Counted from the first letter of the stretch, positions 29,512 through 39,517 are shown. The stretch: DNA of 64,000 nt from Candidatus Bathyarchaeia archaeon (GCA_050012255.1 JBEKHN010000003.1:1-64000), one strand, 5' to 3'. Program-made: numbers and translations. The notes: generated by a model from the sequence alone, not told the origin.

Positions 29512-29662
29512 AGCCGTCTCCTTCTCGGTTGGTCACGCTTTCATAGGCAGATGAAGGAGATTCATATTAAACCTTCCTAGATTTTCGAGGCTCTTGCGCA
29601 ACAGACAAGTTGCGCTCGCTCGAACTCTGTAAACAATGAGCTTGGAGAACGGAGGCCAAGCA

Positions 29663-29711
29663 AGCCAATGGGCCTTTAACTTGCAAGGTTCGAGTTCCTT
29701 CCCCGACGCCA
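29663..29711 (+). repeat. Degenerate duplicate of tRNA-Ser 3' exon (att-like scar)
   Basis: AGCCAATGGGCCTTTAACTTGCAAGGTTCGAGTTCCTTCCCCGACGCCA versus tRNA 27449-27499 AGCCAGTGGGCCTTTGGGCTCGCAGGGGTTCGAGTCCCTTCCCCGGCGCCA. Confidence 0.8.
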
Positions 29712-29818
29712 TTAGCTTGCGCTGCGGTGAAGATTGCAAAACGTTTAGCAGTGATTCATTTTTCTGGTTCACAACCCATATTAGATTCATAACAGAGAAC
29801 GTGTTTGAGGGTTCAATC

Positions 29819-30622
29819 TTGACTGAAATCGTGTGCGATGAAAAGGTAGTCATATCGGCTGAACCAGCACTTGCGAACGAGAGAATAGTGGAAAGGAAGA
29901 CCATCGTCTACGAGACTCGTGTTGACCCGACCGTGATAAAGGTGGCCGGGGAGAAACTCAAGGATCAGCTGTTCACTAGATTTGGATTCTTGAAGCCTAA
30001 ACCAGAAGAGATTCAATTCGTTTCCATCGACAAGTACTACGAACCCTATACGATGATCAATGGAAAATACGCGATTGATTACTACCGCAAGTGCGTTTAC
30101 TCAGTTAAAGTGGACAAGGAAGTCTTAGAAGTTGTTCTATTGAATCAAAAGTTTGAGCCCGAACAATCGACGGATTCCTCTGCCAAAGACCATAATGTGA
30201 TTAGGCTCGAAGGAGAAGAGAGATTAAGGAATGAGGTCAAAGCCTCCCTTATCCTAGACCGGTTTGGACGAGACGTCACGCTTGAAAAACTCCCATCCGC
30301 TCCTTCAGAGAGAAATCCTAAGAAAATACTAGCACAATACAGCGTGGAAGAAATCGCTTCGAACGCAGATTTAGACTTCATAAGATCAAAAATAGTCAAC
30401 CGCCCAAGGGACATAAATCGGCTTGTCAATGAACTCTTTGAAGTTGACGAGCGAGTCGTAATCTACACTCCAAGATTCAGAGTCCTCTACAGAAACGCAA
30501 AAACAGGCGAGCAAAAAACTGTGGAATTTGACGGTGTCACAGCTGAAAGAATCCAACAGAGCAAGAGCACAAGTTCACATGACGCTCTTCCTGTTCCTCC
30601 TCCGCCTCCTCCACCGACATAA
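29819..30622 (+). CDS. Hypothetical protein with C-terminal poly-proline
   Basis: Long ORF with ordinary composition; ends VPPPPPPPT; TTG start chosen downstream of the tRNA scar. Confidence 0.7.
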   Translation: MTEIVCDEKVVISAEPALANERIVERKTIVYETRVDPTVIKVAGEKLKDQLFTRFGFLKPKPEEIQFVSIDKYYEPYTMINGKYAIDYYRKCVYSVKVDKEVLEVVLLNQKFEPEQSTDSSAKDHNVIRLEGEERLRNEVKASLILDRFGRDVTLEKLPSAPSERNPKKILAQYSVEEIASNADLDFIRSKIVNRPRDINRLVNELFEVDERVVIYTPRFRVLYRNAKTGEQKTVEFDGVTAERIQQSKSTSSHDALPVPPPPPPPT

Positions 30623-30712
30623 ACGCGGCCTTGTCCATTTCTTGAGACTAGGTAAGCAAAGAAAAAGATGAGAACGTCGCCGGCCGCAATCAGCAGCGGC
30701 AATGTTCGTATA

Positions 30713-30865
30713 TCATTTTTCTTTATGAGCGCATTCCATGCAGATAGCGATTATCTTCACATTCTGAAGCGATTGCGACAAGGACGTTAAACCTTTTGCC
30801 ACGACCGTCACGTAACCCAAGGGTTTCCCACACTTTTGGCATCCTACTGGCTTGGCATCACTCAT
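30713..30865 (-). CDS. Small zinc-finger protein
   Basis: CQKCG...CMEC, 50 aa. Confidence 0.6.
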   Translation of the reverse strand: MSDAKPVGCQKCGKPLGYVTVVAKGLTSLSQSLQNVKIIAICMECAHKEK

Positions 30866-30974
30866 ATCCTTCACTACGATACAATTCTCTACCCATCCCT
30901 TTAACTGGTTTCTGGCCTGCTTTTTGCATTTCCGTTTTTGGGCCCTATTCCTTATGCACACAGAGCCAACACTG

Positions 30975-31484
30975 TCATCTGAGAAATTCTCGAACCACTT
31001 CTCTTGAAACGCAAAAATAGGGTTTCATCCACTCATATTTCCTGAGAACTTCCAAATGCTGTAAGAGAATGTTGCACTCGCCCTTTCTCACAAGGAGTAT
31101 CTCTCGATCAGACGCATACTTCTTCTTGAGTCTGCCCGCAGTAGAGGTTGCATGTACAACGATGAAAGGAGGGATCTTGAGATGTTCTCTTGTGGCCTTT
31201 GAAATCAGGGTCACATCAAACGTGGCAATAATTCGACGGACATTCACTTCAATACCCAGTTCTTCAACAGCTTCCCTTTCTGCCGCTTCTTCAATCGACT
31301 CATTCTGTTCTGTTCCTCCGCCAAGCAAAAACCATAAACCACTTCGAGGATCTGTCACAACTGCAAATCTGTCACCAAAATCCACCAGCAGGGTCACTCG
31401 AGCTGACCTGTTTGACCATGGTTTCGTCCATACAGAAATGCCTGCTGATTCCATCTCAATGTTCAGTTCACGGGTTGACATCAT
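30975..31484 (-). CDS. NUDIX hydrolase
   Basis: GGTEQNESIEEAAEREAVEELG Nudix box. Confidence 0.88.
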   Translation of the reverse strand: MMSTRELNIEMESAGISVWTKPWSNRSARVTLLVDFGDRFAVVTDPRSGLWFLLGGGTEQNESIEEAAEREAVEELGIEVNVRRIIATFDVTLISKATREHLKIPPFIVVHATSTAGRLKKKYASDREILLVRKGECNILLQHLEVLRKYEWMKPYFCVSREVVREFLR

Positions 31485-31765
31485 CTCTGTACCAGTTAAT
31501 GAGTAAGAAGTTCCTATTTGATAACTTGTTAGGCTGTATAATTACCATCATCAAGCAAGAGCATAAGTGGCGTCCTGAACTGTGTTGTTGGTAGTCCGGA
31601 GTATGTTCTAATGTCGGTTTGGATTGTCGGAGCTAAAACTTCATTATACCCTGTTATGGGAAAATGTCAGAGTTGAGTTTAAAATGATTCTAAAGTTGCC
31701 TGTAGAATATTGTTTGGCTTAGTTTAGATCTGGCATGTTATCTTTGAGCTTGTTGACAACTGGGG

Positions 31766-32614
31766 TCAAGTCGAAGTTGAGATCGTCCAACCTAGATTCT
31801 TAAGCATGTTTTCCAGTATCTTCAGACTCTTAAGAGCAACTTCCCTAGGGCGAACTTCGAGGGTGAAGTGAACATCTCTAGGCAACAACAGTTTTAGATA
31901 GCGACAGAAATCGATTTTTCCAACTCCAAGGACATCATGTGAATATTTCCCTGGTTTTTGATCGTGAAGATGGCATTCTCTCACCTTATCCAAGTTGGCT
32001 ATCAAGAAATCCTCTATTTCACGGATCGGCTTCCCTGCATCGGTATGAGTTTTGGGTATGTCCCAGCATAAGGAGAGACCTGTAGTAGGAAGGAGTTCTT
32101 TCAAGACGTCCATGGCAATTCCGCTTAGCCGATCGTTTTCAACGCAGATTAGGACTTTTCCACGAGAGAATTCAACTAGTTTAACTAGACTCTCTGTTAC
32201 AGCCTTCTTGTACAGTGACCAGTGATCCCCTAAGTAGGTACCTTTTCTCCCTGCAAAAACGAAATCGTATGGAGGGTCTATGTGAACTGTGAATCTTTCG
32301 GCTCCAACGTCCTGAGCAAAGTCCAAGCATAGTTTCATTCGGTCGAGGACAGCTTTTCTTACATCTGGATAAAGAGTTCCAAGATTCAGGTAGTCACTTG
32401 GTCCATGGAATGAGATGGACACGCCTTTTGACATGGCGAAGTCTCGAATATGGCGCCTTTCCGATTCGCTAAAACGCTCTGGAAAGAACCGCGGGATCAT
32501 AAGATCAGGAACGATGTAGCCAAAGCCATGGTGACTTGCAAAATCTATTGCATCGCAAATAGTAACATCGTACACCACATGATAACCGAAACGCTTCCAA
32601 GTTACTTCTTTCAT
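31766..32614 (-). CDS. Sugar phosphate isomerase/epimerase (AP endonuclease 2 TIM barrel) family
   Basis: SFHGP, TVH, CVEN, WDIPK, CHLHD, LEV. Confidence 0.82.
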   Translation of the reverse strand: MKEVTWKRFGYHVVYDVTICDAIDFASHHGFGYIVPDLMIPRFFPERFSESERRHIRDFAMSKGVSISFHGPSDYLNLGTLYPDVRKAVLDRMKLCLDFAQDVGAERFTVHIDPPYDFVFAGRKGTYLGDHWSLYKKAVTESLVKLVEFSRGKVLICVENDRLSGIAMDVLKELLPTTGLSLCWDIPKTHTDAGKPIREIEDFLIANLDKVRECHLHDQKPGKYSHDVLGVGKIDFCRYLKLLLPRDVHFTLEVRPREVALKSLKILENMLKNLGWTISTST

Positions 32615-32853
32615 ACCGCATCAACCATAAATGATTCCATTCAAATCGCCCGAGAAGGACGACAGAAAATCAGTTGTTCAAGAAACTATAAAAATGTCGC
32701 ACAAGAAATCCGGTTGAGACTTTCGTTTCTGGCAGCTAGGTATAGCCTCTCGAACGAGAGAGCGAGCGCGCGCGCAAATTCGGCGTCAAAATTATTTGTC
32801 CGAAGATTCTTTAATGCTTCTTCCATTTGAGCTTCCAACTTCACACAGCACAG

Positions 32854-33318
32854 TCAGCATTGTATGACCAGTCGGCAGCCTTCATTTAGTTTTTCGATGC
32901 TGCTCCTGAACCCCAGCAGTTTGTAGGCATGAGGATAGATGATAGAGCATATGTGATCGCAGAAGTAGTCAGAGGGCAAACCTTCACGGTGTTGATTACT
33001 CATCAATCTGATTGGGCATTTCTCCACGATGCCGACGTATCCCTCAACGTCCAATTTCTCGACTTTTCTTCCTACCCATGCCTTTTCTATTTTAGCCTCA
33101 AATTCAAGAAAGTCTTGTTTAGATTTTGCGACTAGGTTTCTCCTGTCTGCTGACGCGCCAGTTTCTGCCCAGAATCTTGCAAACCTCTCAAGTTCATTTA
33201 TGCCATAGTTTTTCGAGAGATAATGGGTGATCAATAGGTAGGCTCCAAACTCAAAAGACTTTCTTAGTTTGAGCTCCTCTTCGGGTGAGACTGTCATTTC
33301 TTTGTTCATTTGTGACAC
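32854..33318 (-). CDS. Hypothetical protein (V4R/ATC-hydrolase-like Cys pattern)
   Basis: KCPIR...FCDHIC...GCRLVI. Confidence 0.55.
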   Translation of the reverse strand: MSQMNKEMTVSPEEELKLRKSFEFGAYLLITHYLSKNYGINELERFARFWAETGASADRRNLVAKSKQDFLEFEAKIEKAWVGRKVEKLDVEGYVGIVEKCPIRLMSNQHREGLPSDYFCDHICSIIYPHAYKLLGFRSSIEKLNEGCRLVIQC

Positions 33319-33395
33319 AAGAGAATAATATTAAAAGGTGTATCAAAAGATTTTGTGATGGTAGCGGTTTGACTATCGAAGTTCGAAGGGATCCT

Positions 33396-33749
33396 ATGAA
33401 AAAGTTGTATGTTTGCGGAAGTTTCAGGTTCACTCGTGAGATGGAAGGATTGGAACGTGAGCTCAAAGAGGAGAACATCGAATTTCAGATATCAAAGAAA
33501 ACGGACAGTCGCGGGATCTTAGGATGCTTGAAAAAAGTCGATGATGCAGATATCGTCTACGTCGTTAATCCACAAGGTTACATTGGTAAGAGCGTGTCCG
33601 TTGACATAGGATACGCCTATGCAAAGAAGAAGTCAATATGCGTCATGCACGCCGTAGATGACCCCCCAATAATGAACTTGATAAGCGATGTCCTATCTCC
33701 GAAAGCTTTAATCGACTTTCTCAAGGAAAGCATTCCTAAGCGACACTGA
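33396..33749 (+). CDS. Nucleoside 2-deoxyribosyltransferase-like protein
   Basis: LYVCGSF...ADIVYVVN..GYIGKSVSVDIGYAYAKKK. Confidence 0.65.
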   Translation: MKKLYVCGSFRFTREMEGLERELKEENIEFQISKKTDSRGILGCLKKVDDADIVYVVNPQGYIGKSVSVDIGYAYAKKKSICVMHAVDDPPIMNLISDVLSPKALIDFLKESIPKRH

Positions 33750-33781
33750 ACCGAGCCAACCACTAGGATAGGCGACTGTAA

Positions 33782-34333
33782 TTGCTTGAAGGCAGGAACG
33801 TGAACTTGAGGCTCATGGAGAAAGACGACGTAGACTTCGTCGTGCAGTTGCGGAACGATATAGACTCCAATGCGTATGTTTCTGTAAAACAGATATCGAA
33901 AACAGAAGCAATGAAAGAGTTTGACAATCCTACACCGTTAGCACTGATAACCGAAAGAACATGCTTCATCATTGAGAAAAAAGACGGCACAAGAATAGGT
34001 TACATGGTGCACTGGATCGTTCAGCCCTCAAAGCACGTGGAAATCGGGTATTCTATGCTTCCCAGCGAAAGGGGGAAAGGCTACTGCTCTGAAGCCGTTC
34101 AAATAATGGTGGATTACCTGTTTCTCTCCAAGGATATTGTGCGGATTCAGGCAGGAACTGACGTAAGAAACAAAGCTTCACAAAAAGTCTTGGAAAATAC
34201 AGGCTTCGTAAAAGAAGGCATAGTCCGCAAATCGGCCTTTAACAAAGGAGAATGGTTCGACGGTTGCATATACAGCACTCTTCGAGAAGAATGGAAAAAA
34301 CCTAGGATACTCACAAAGAAGCTTACTCATTAG
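33782..34333 (+). CDS. GNAT acetyltransferase (RimJ/RimL type)
   Basis: EIGY...ERGKGY, NKASQKVLENTGFVKEG. Confidence 0.9.
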   Translation: MLEGRNVNLRLMEKDDVDFVVQLRNDIDSNAYVSVKQISKTEAMKEFDNPTPLALITERTCFIIEKKDGTRIGYMVHWIVQPSKHVEIGYSMLPSERGKGYCSEAVQIMVDYLFLSKDIVRIQAGTDVRNKASQKVLENTGFVKEGIVRKSAFNKGEWFDGCIYSTLREEWKKPRILTKKLTH

Positions 34334-34339
34334 GAGCCG

Positions 34340-34666
34340 ATGTTTATGGAACTAAAGGATTTGTTAAGGTTCATAGAAGTAGAAGATGAAAAACTGAAAA
34401 AAAGGTATGGTAGTTTGTCCAATAAAGAGGAGGTGATTCTTGCTAGAACTGTGAAGTTAGGCGAAGAGTTTGGAGAACTCTGTGAAGAGGTTCTGGCGTA
34501 CAACTCGTTGCAGAGAACACAGAAACTGGATAACCACAACAAAGAGAGTCTCCGAGAAGAATTTGCTGATGTAATAATCACAGCGCTTCTGCTCGCAAAA
34601 AGCATGAACGTTAATATTGAAATGGCGTTAGAAACGAAAATGCAGAGACTCAACCAAAGGGTTTGA
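34340..34666 (+). CDS. MazG-like nucleotide pyrophosphohydrolase
   Basis: KLGEEFGELCE...EEFADV. Confidence 0.85.
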   Translation: MFMELKDLLRFIEVEDEKLKKRYGSLSNKEEVILARTVKLGEEFGELCEEVLAYNSLQRTQKLDNHNKESLREEFADVIITALLLAKSMNVNIEMALETKMQRLNQRV

Positions 34667-34735
34667 ACTCACTTTTTTGGAGATTGGAATTTATGAAAAT
34701 CCGAGAACCAAAGGTTCTCTCGCGAGCCGTCCTAT

Positions 34736-34777
34736 TCAAATTGCTTCAGTAGGCAGTGAGAGAGTCGAACTCTCGCC
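34736..34777 (-). repeat. tRNA-3'-end-like direct repeat, copy 1
   Basis: Minus strand has T-arm GAGAG-TTCGACT-CTCTC; 34/42 identical to 36248-36289. Confidence 0.65.
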
Positions 34778-34896
34778 AAGTATAAGCGAGGGCTACTGGT
34801 GTCCGCGGCTTTACAACAAGCGCGGTGCGTTCAAGGTCGTTTTTCAAAGACTTATCTGCGCGGAAGCTCAGTCTCAACTATAGGGTTGTCCATTAT

Positions 34897-36015
34897 ATGG
34901 AAGAACTGAGACAACTTGTGCATCAAGCCGTGGAGGTGTGCATGGGTATCAAAGAGGGGGAAAACGTTTGGATCCATAGTTGGGACCATACGACCGATCT
35001 TGCTTTTGACATAGCTTTTGCTTGCCGACAATCTGGAGCACAACCGTTTGTCACTCTTTTAACCGAAGATTACTGGATGCGTTCTCTTGTCGAAACTCCT
35101 AGGGAACTCTTGGAAACCCTCCCTTCTCATCAAGCTGCTGCACTGGAGCACACAGACGCATTCATCTTTATGTTGGGTCCGAAGAGTCCTATTGATTGGG
35201 ACAGAATTCCGCCTGAGAAACGAGGACTTGCCAACGTCTGGTACAGTGATTCTAACAAGTACTTGGACAGCTGGAGGAAGATCGCTCAAGAAAACTCCAT
35301 TCGCATGCTAGGAATTGAGTATTGCCTGGCCACAGAAGAATGGTCGCAGGCTTGGGGTTTGGATCATGCGAGATGGAGAAGAGTGATGCTTGCGGGTTGT
35401 CTCACTGACCAACGCGAAATCGCAAAAAAAGCCGCTGAACTGGCCAGGATCATCCGCGACAGTCACGAGGTGAGTGTTCGAACACCCTCTGGCACAAACC
35501 TCAGATTCGAGCTAGCTGGACGCAGACCAATCATTGGCGACAGTATAGTTAGCGAGAAGGACGCAGCTGAGGGTACCGTGAAGTTTCTACCGTCAGGCTT
35601 CGTGGAGGCGGCTGCAGACGAGGATAGTGCTGATGGAAAAGTAGTTTATGACTCGCCGATCTTGGTTCGAGGAGCAAAGAGGATTGAAGGATTGACTTTG
35701 AAGTTTAAGCATGGAAAACTTGCCAAATACTCCGCGCGAGTCGGAGTTGAAGCCTTCAGGAAGTATTTAGATTCAGCTGGAGGCGATGTGGACAAGTTTG
35801 GATTCTTCGGAATAGGCCTCAATCCTGGCTTGAAGCACGGCTTTACTCAGGACGACAAGGTCTTAGGCGGATTCACTTTAGGGATCGGGGGCAATGAAGA
35901 CAAAGGAGGAAGGAACCAGACAACTGGAAATCGTCACTGGTGGGCCTCGATGACTCGGGCGACGGTTCAGATTGATGATAAACTCGTGCTTGAGCACGGT
36001 TTAGAAACCTTTTGA
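34897..36015 (+). CDS. M29 (AmpS/AmpT-like) aminopeptidase homolog, metal ligands largely substituted
   Basis: IKEGENVWI, TPSGTNLRF, LPSG, GIGLNP, DDKVLG fold motifs. Confidence 0.75.
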   Translation: MEELRQLVHQAVEVCMGIKEGENVWIHSWDHTTDLAFDIAFACRQSGAQPFVTLLTEDYWMRSLVETPRELLETLPSHQAAALEHTDAFIFMLGPKSPIDWDRIPPEKRGLANVWYSDSNKYLDSWRKIAQENSIRMLGIEYCLATEEWSQAWGLDHARWRRVMLAGCLTDQREIAKKAAELARIIRDSHEVSVRTPSGTNLRFELAGRRPIIGDSIVSEKDAAEGTVKFLPSGFVEAAADEDSADGKVVYDSPILVRGAKRIEGLTLKFKHGKLAKYSARVGVEAFRKYLDSAGGDVDKFGFFGIGLNPGLKHGFTQDDKVLGGFTLGIGGNEDKGGRNQTTGNRHWWASMTRATVQIDDKLVLEHGLETF

Positions 36016-36041
36016 AAGCGAACGTAGGAGTCAGGGCCTGT

Positions 36042-36062
36042 TAGCGCGCATACGTGTTCCTA
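36042..36062 (+). repeat. Terminal repeat of TAGCGCGC family
   Basis: TAGCGCGCATACGTGTTCCTA, 20/21 to the right terminal repeat of 43048-43225. Confidence 0.7.
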
Positions 36063-36247
36063 GATTCGTTTTTCAAGCCTGACGGAGGTGAGCTAAGCTG
36101 GACATGCGGGTGGGCTTTGAATCATATTTGGATCATATCACTGACCGGGGGTAGGAGCTGTCAGAGCACAAGAAGTGACCGCGCGCGCTGCTGCTGGAAC
36201 CATGCTAAAATCCGAAAATTATAGGGTTTTAACGCTAGCCATTTTGC

Positions 36248-36289
36248 TCAAATTGCTTTGGTAGGCCTTGGGAGTTTCGAACTCTTGCC
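36248..36289 (-). repeat. tRNA-3'-end-like direct repeat, copy 2
   Basis: Minus strand GGCAAGAGTTCGAAACTCCCAAGGCCTACCA ends in CCA. Confidence 0.65.
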
Positions 36290-36425
36290 TTGATCGCGAG
36301 CGCATTCTAAGCTCGGTATTTGAACCCATTTGCGTATGCGTACGAGTAGACTAAAATATTGCGTAGAAATTCCGGGTAAGCAAGGACAATATGCTTAGAG
36401 CTCCCTTGAATGCCATGTGTTTGTT

Positions 36426-37049
36426 ATGAAGAGAGTAGTTCTGGATTTGGGATGTGGGAGTAGTTTCCAAATTATTGAGATTTTGAAAGACAGTTTAGAC
36501 GCATGGATAATTGGTGTTGATTGGGATTTTTCATTTTGTAGGAAAAGCAAAGAGAGAGCGAGGGAACATGGGGTCGATGCAGAGTATGTATGTTGTGATG
36601 CAGGTTTGTTGCCATTTCAAGATGAAATCTTTGACGTCATATACGCGCTAGACAGTCTCAGATGTCTTAAAGGGCATCAACCTCAGCAATTCATTAAAGA
36701 GGCTTACAAAAAGCTAAGACACGGTGCAGAAATGCATATCGCTGGCCTGGATAAAGTCAGTTTTCGACGTAAAGACTTGCCAGTCTTCAAAGACCTCTCG
36801 TTACCATTCAATTGGAGTTCCTATATTCCGCAGAACGGAAGCTCTCCGTTCATATCAGAAGAACCTTCAGAAAAAGAACTCAACGTATATAGAAGACATA
36901 AGTATGTAGGAATTCTAAAAGAAAAGACAGTGCGCGAATTTTTGTGGCAATGCTATTTGGAACCCGAAAGTACGTGGGAGACGAAAAAAGAAGGAGCCTT
37001 TACATATCATTTTTATACTATTACGGCAAGAAAATCAGCTTCGAATTAA
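36426..37049 (+). CDS. Class I SAM-dependent methyltransferase
   Basis: VLDLGCG, IIGVD, DAGLLPFQDEIFDVI. Confidence 0.85.
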   Translation: MKRVVLDLGCGSSFQIIEILKDSLDAWIIGVDWDFSFCRKSKERAREHGVDAEYVCCDAGLLPFQDEIFDVIYALDSLRCLKGHQPQQFIKEAYKKLRHGAEMHIAGLDKVSFRRKDLPVFKDLSLPFNWSSYIPQNGSSPFISEEPSEKELNVYRRHKYVGILKEKTVREFLWQCYLEPESTWETKKEGAFTYHFYTITARKSASN

Positions 37050-37137
37050 GAAACAAATTCAGTCAAAACTAGGTTTGCTCCTATGTTATCAATATTATTT
37101 CAAAAGAAAACGTTTGACGGGCTCACGCTAAGAGTAA

Positions 37138-37899
37138 CTACCTCAGTTTGAATCTGTCGCTAAATATACTGTGGCGATAACAAGCTTTGACGCATTTTCC
37201 GCACACTTCACCTTCCAACCCAAGCTGGACAATATACTTTCTACAGCTTTCCCCATAGTTTTCGAGCCTATCCCTATTTCCTAGAAATGAACACGCTTCA
37301 AGACAAGCTTCGCATTCTCCACACGTAAATTTGACTTTTCTTCCATGGATCAGCGGGAGATTCACGATGACTGATGCAAATCGCAATGCGCAGCTAAATT
37401 TCTCATTAACGATAAGCTCATTCTTGCCCCGCCACCCTAAACCAGCTTTTTCAGCTATAACCCTGTGAGAGACAGTCATCTCGTAATACTCTTCAACATT
37501 GTTTACAGCAATTCCCTCCACCGTCGCGGGTATGAAGATGCCGTCAAAAACATCCGCAATGTTCTTAGAAATATCGTTCAAAAATCTGTTGAGCTTGTGA
37601 TACTCCCTTACATACACGTTCCACGCATCTTTATCCGCAGTTCCATCGCCGAGTCTGACATCAATACGATCAATCGCGTTTCCAGGATATGCTATTCCTA
37701 TGCAGATTATGGATCCATTTTTACGAATATCTCTGTAACGTTCACCACAAAGATCCTTCAATCTGCTTCTTTGAACGGGATTCAACCCATCATGTACCTT
37801 CTCAAATGCAGCCGCTCCAATAACTCCATCGTAGCCTATCTTGGCCAGCTCTTCGCTGAAAAAAGTCTTCGCTCTTTTAGAATTCTGTGCTCTTTCCAC
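37138..37899 (-). CDS. Epoxyqueuosine reductase/reductive dehalogenase-like Fe-S protein
   Basis: SHRVIAEKAGLGWRGKN, CGECEACLEAC, CGKCVKAC. Confidence 0.8.
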   Translation of the reverse strand: MERAQNSKRAKTFFSEELAKIGYDGVIGAAAFEKVHDGLNPVQRSRLKDLCGERYRDIRKNGSIICIGIAYPGNAIDRIDVRLGDGTADKDAWNVYVREYHKLNRFLNDISKNIADVFDGIFIPATVEGIAVNNVEEYYEMTVSHRVIAEKAGLGWRGKNELIVNEKFSCALRFASVIVNLPLIHGRKVKFTCGECEACLEACSFLGNRDRLENYGESCRKYIVQLGLEGEVCGKCVKACYRHSIFSDRFKLR

Positions 37900-37945
37900 A
37901 TGTGCTTCTTCTGTCAGAAGAACTATAACCTTTTCTTTTACTCTG

Positions 37946-38452
37946 CTAAAGGTTTAGTTGCATTTCTAAATACTTGACCAAAGGCGGTGGAAAGTCCCCT
38001 CGCTTCACAGAAGTAACGAGTTTTTGCAATTCTATTCGTGACTTCTCATATAGCTGTTTTTCAATCCATCCTTTTTCTAGAGCGTTTTCTAGCTCTTCTT
38101 CATCAAGAACCTTGTATCTGAGGTCAGGAGAAACCCATAGGTCAAGAAACAAATCAGTAATTTCCACAACACCGTCTTCTAACAGACGAGGAGGAGTGAT
38201 AATATCGCAATAGTATCCAGTGTGTTTCCCATCCAAGTCCCTTATCTTGCCAACACTAAACCATTTTCTCATCATCTCAAAGTATACAATCTGATAACCG
38301 GATGCCATTACAGTTTTTCCATCAAACACGACCGAGTTGGCGGACCTAATCTGAGATTTGCCAACAATAATCTCTTTTGACCTGTAAACTAGATCGTCAT
38401 GCAAATCCAACACATTGTCGGGCAATCTAACATATCGCAAGTGAAATCTCAT
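37946..38452 (-). CDS. DUF402 family protein (FomD/Ntdp-like hydrolase)
   Basis: GYYCDIITP, TDLFLDLWV, VLDEEEL. Confidence 0.85.
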   Translation of the reverse strand: MRFHLRYVRLPDNVLDLHDDLVYRSKEIIVGKSQIRSANSVVFDGKTVMASGYQIVYFEMMRKWFSVGKIRDLDGKHTGYYCDIITPPRLLEDGVVEITDLFLDLWVSPDLRYKVLDEEELENALEKGWIEKQLYEKSRIELQKLVTSVKRGDFPPPLVKYLEMQLNL

Positions 38453-38620
38453 TTGCTTTCCTTTGAAAGGCTCAAATGGTCTTCAACATAAAATGCTTTC
38501 GCCAAGGCAATCTGGAGCAACATCAAACCTACAAAATAGGCCTTTTGATTATGCGGAAAAGTTATAGCTGAACAATGAACTCCTTATTGAAGGAGTCAAG
38601 GCACATTGTTTGTTTCATCC

Positions 38621-39418
38621 ATGATTGTTCTACCAGAGCCAAACTGTGCTGAAAAGCCATTAATCAGCCCACAGCAATCTATTCGAATGATTGCTAAACG
38701 TTCACACTTGCGACTCAAAGATTTGAAAGTGCCGAGATGCATTTTACTTTCTTTGAGCGTTGGCGCAACCCAGCCTCTGATTAAAGAAACGAAGGCGAAA
38801 GAGGTCGCTTGGATTTACAAAGCTCGGCCTCTATATGTTGGAGACGTTTCTGGCATTCCGGTTGGAATAATATGGGCGGCACCAGGAGCACCATTGGCAG
38901 CCATGGTGATAGAAGACTTGATCGCCTGCGGCGCAAGACTGTTCATCGGAGTAGGACTGTTGGGCGCGATTCAGCCCAGCATAAATGTTGGAGATTACGT
39001 TGTTCCATCATCAGCGGTGAGAGATGAAGGAACCTCATACCACTACCTTCCAAAAAACGTTGGGGCTCTTTCGAACAAGGGAATTATTCGTGCCCTCAAG
39101 GATTCATGCGAAGAATTCAGAGTAGGATATTATGTAGGGCCCATTTGGACTACCGACGCGCCTTATCGTGAGACGAAATCAGAGATTGAATATTTTCAAC
39201 GAAAGGGAGTTCTGGGGGTTGACACAGAATCCTCTGCAATTTTCTCTCTTGGCATGTGCCGCAGGGTCAAAGTAGGATGCATGTTGGTAGCTTCGACTAA
39301 CCTGACTCGGTCAAAAGCCGCCACCATTGGGTTCTATAACGAAAGGCTGGAAGACGCCATGCTCAGAGCCGTAAGGATTTGTGCAGAAGTCATCAGAAGC
39401 CTTCAGTATACACGGTAA
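38621..39418 (+). CDS. Nucleoside phosphorylase family protein
   Basis: GAPLAA, RDEGTSYHY, WTTDAPYRET, VDTE. Confidence 0.85.
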   Translation: MIVLPEPNCAEKPLISPQQSIRMIAKRSHLRLKDLKVPRCILLSLSVGATQPLIKETKAKEVAWIYKARPLYVGDVSGIPVGIIWAAPGAPLAAMVIEDLIACGARLFIGVGLLGAIQPSINVGDYVVPSSAVRDEGTSYHYLPKNVGALSNKGIIRALKDSCEEFRVGYYVGPIWTTDAPYRETKSEIEYFQRKGVLGVDTESSAIFSLGMCRRVKVGCMLVASTNLTRSKAATIGFYNERLEDAMLRAVRICAEVIRSLQYTR

Positions 39419-39517
39419 GAAAGCTTCTGAGCCTTTCTATCAAAACAGAATGGAAAAATGAATCAGATTTGGTAGCTTGAGAGCGCGCTAATGCTAGAGA
39501 CTTCTTATCTTGGAGAT

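Noticed and set aside
31636-31664. dif/Xer-like site AACTTCATTATACCCTGTTATGGGAAAA
   Set aside because: Arms are poorly symmetric, it is a single occurrence, and it lies near the origin rather than a terminus; not supportable
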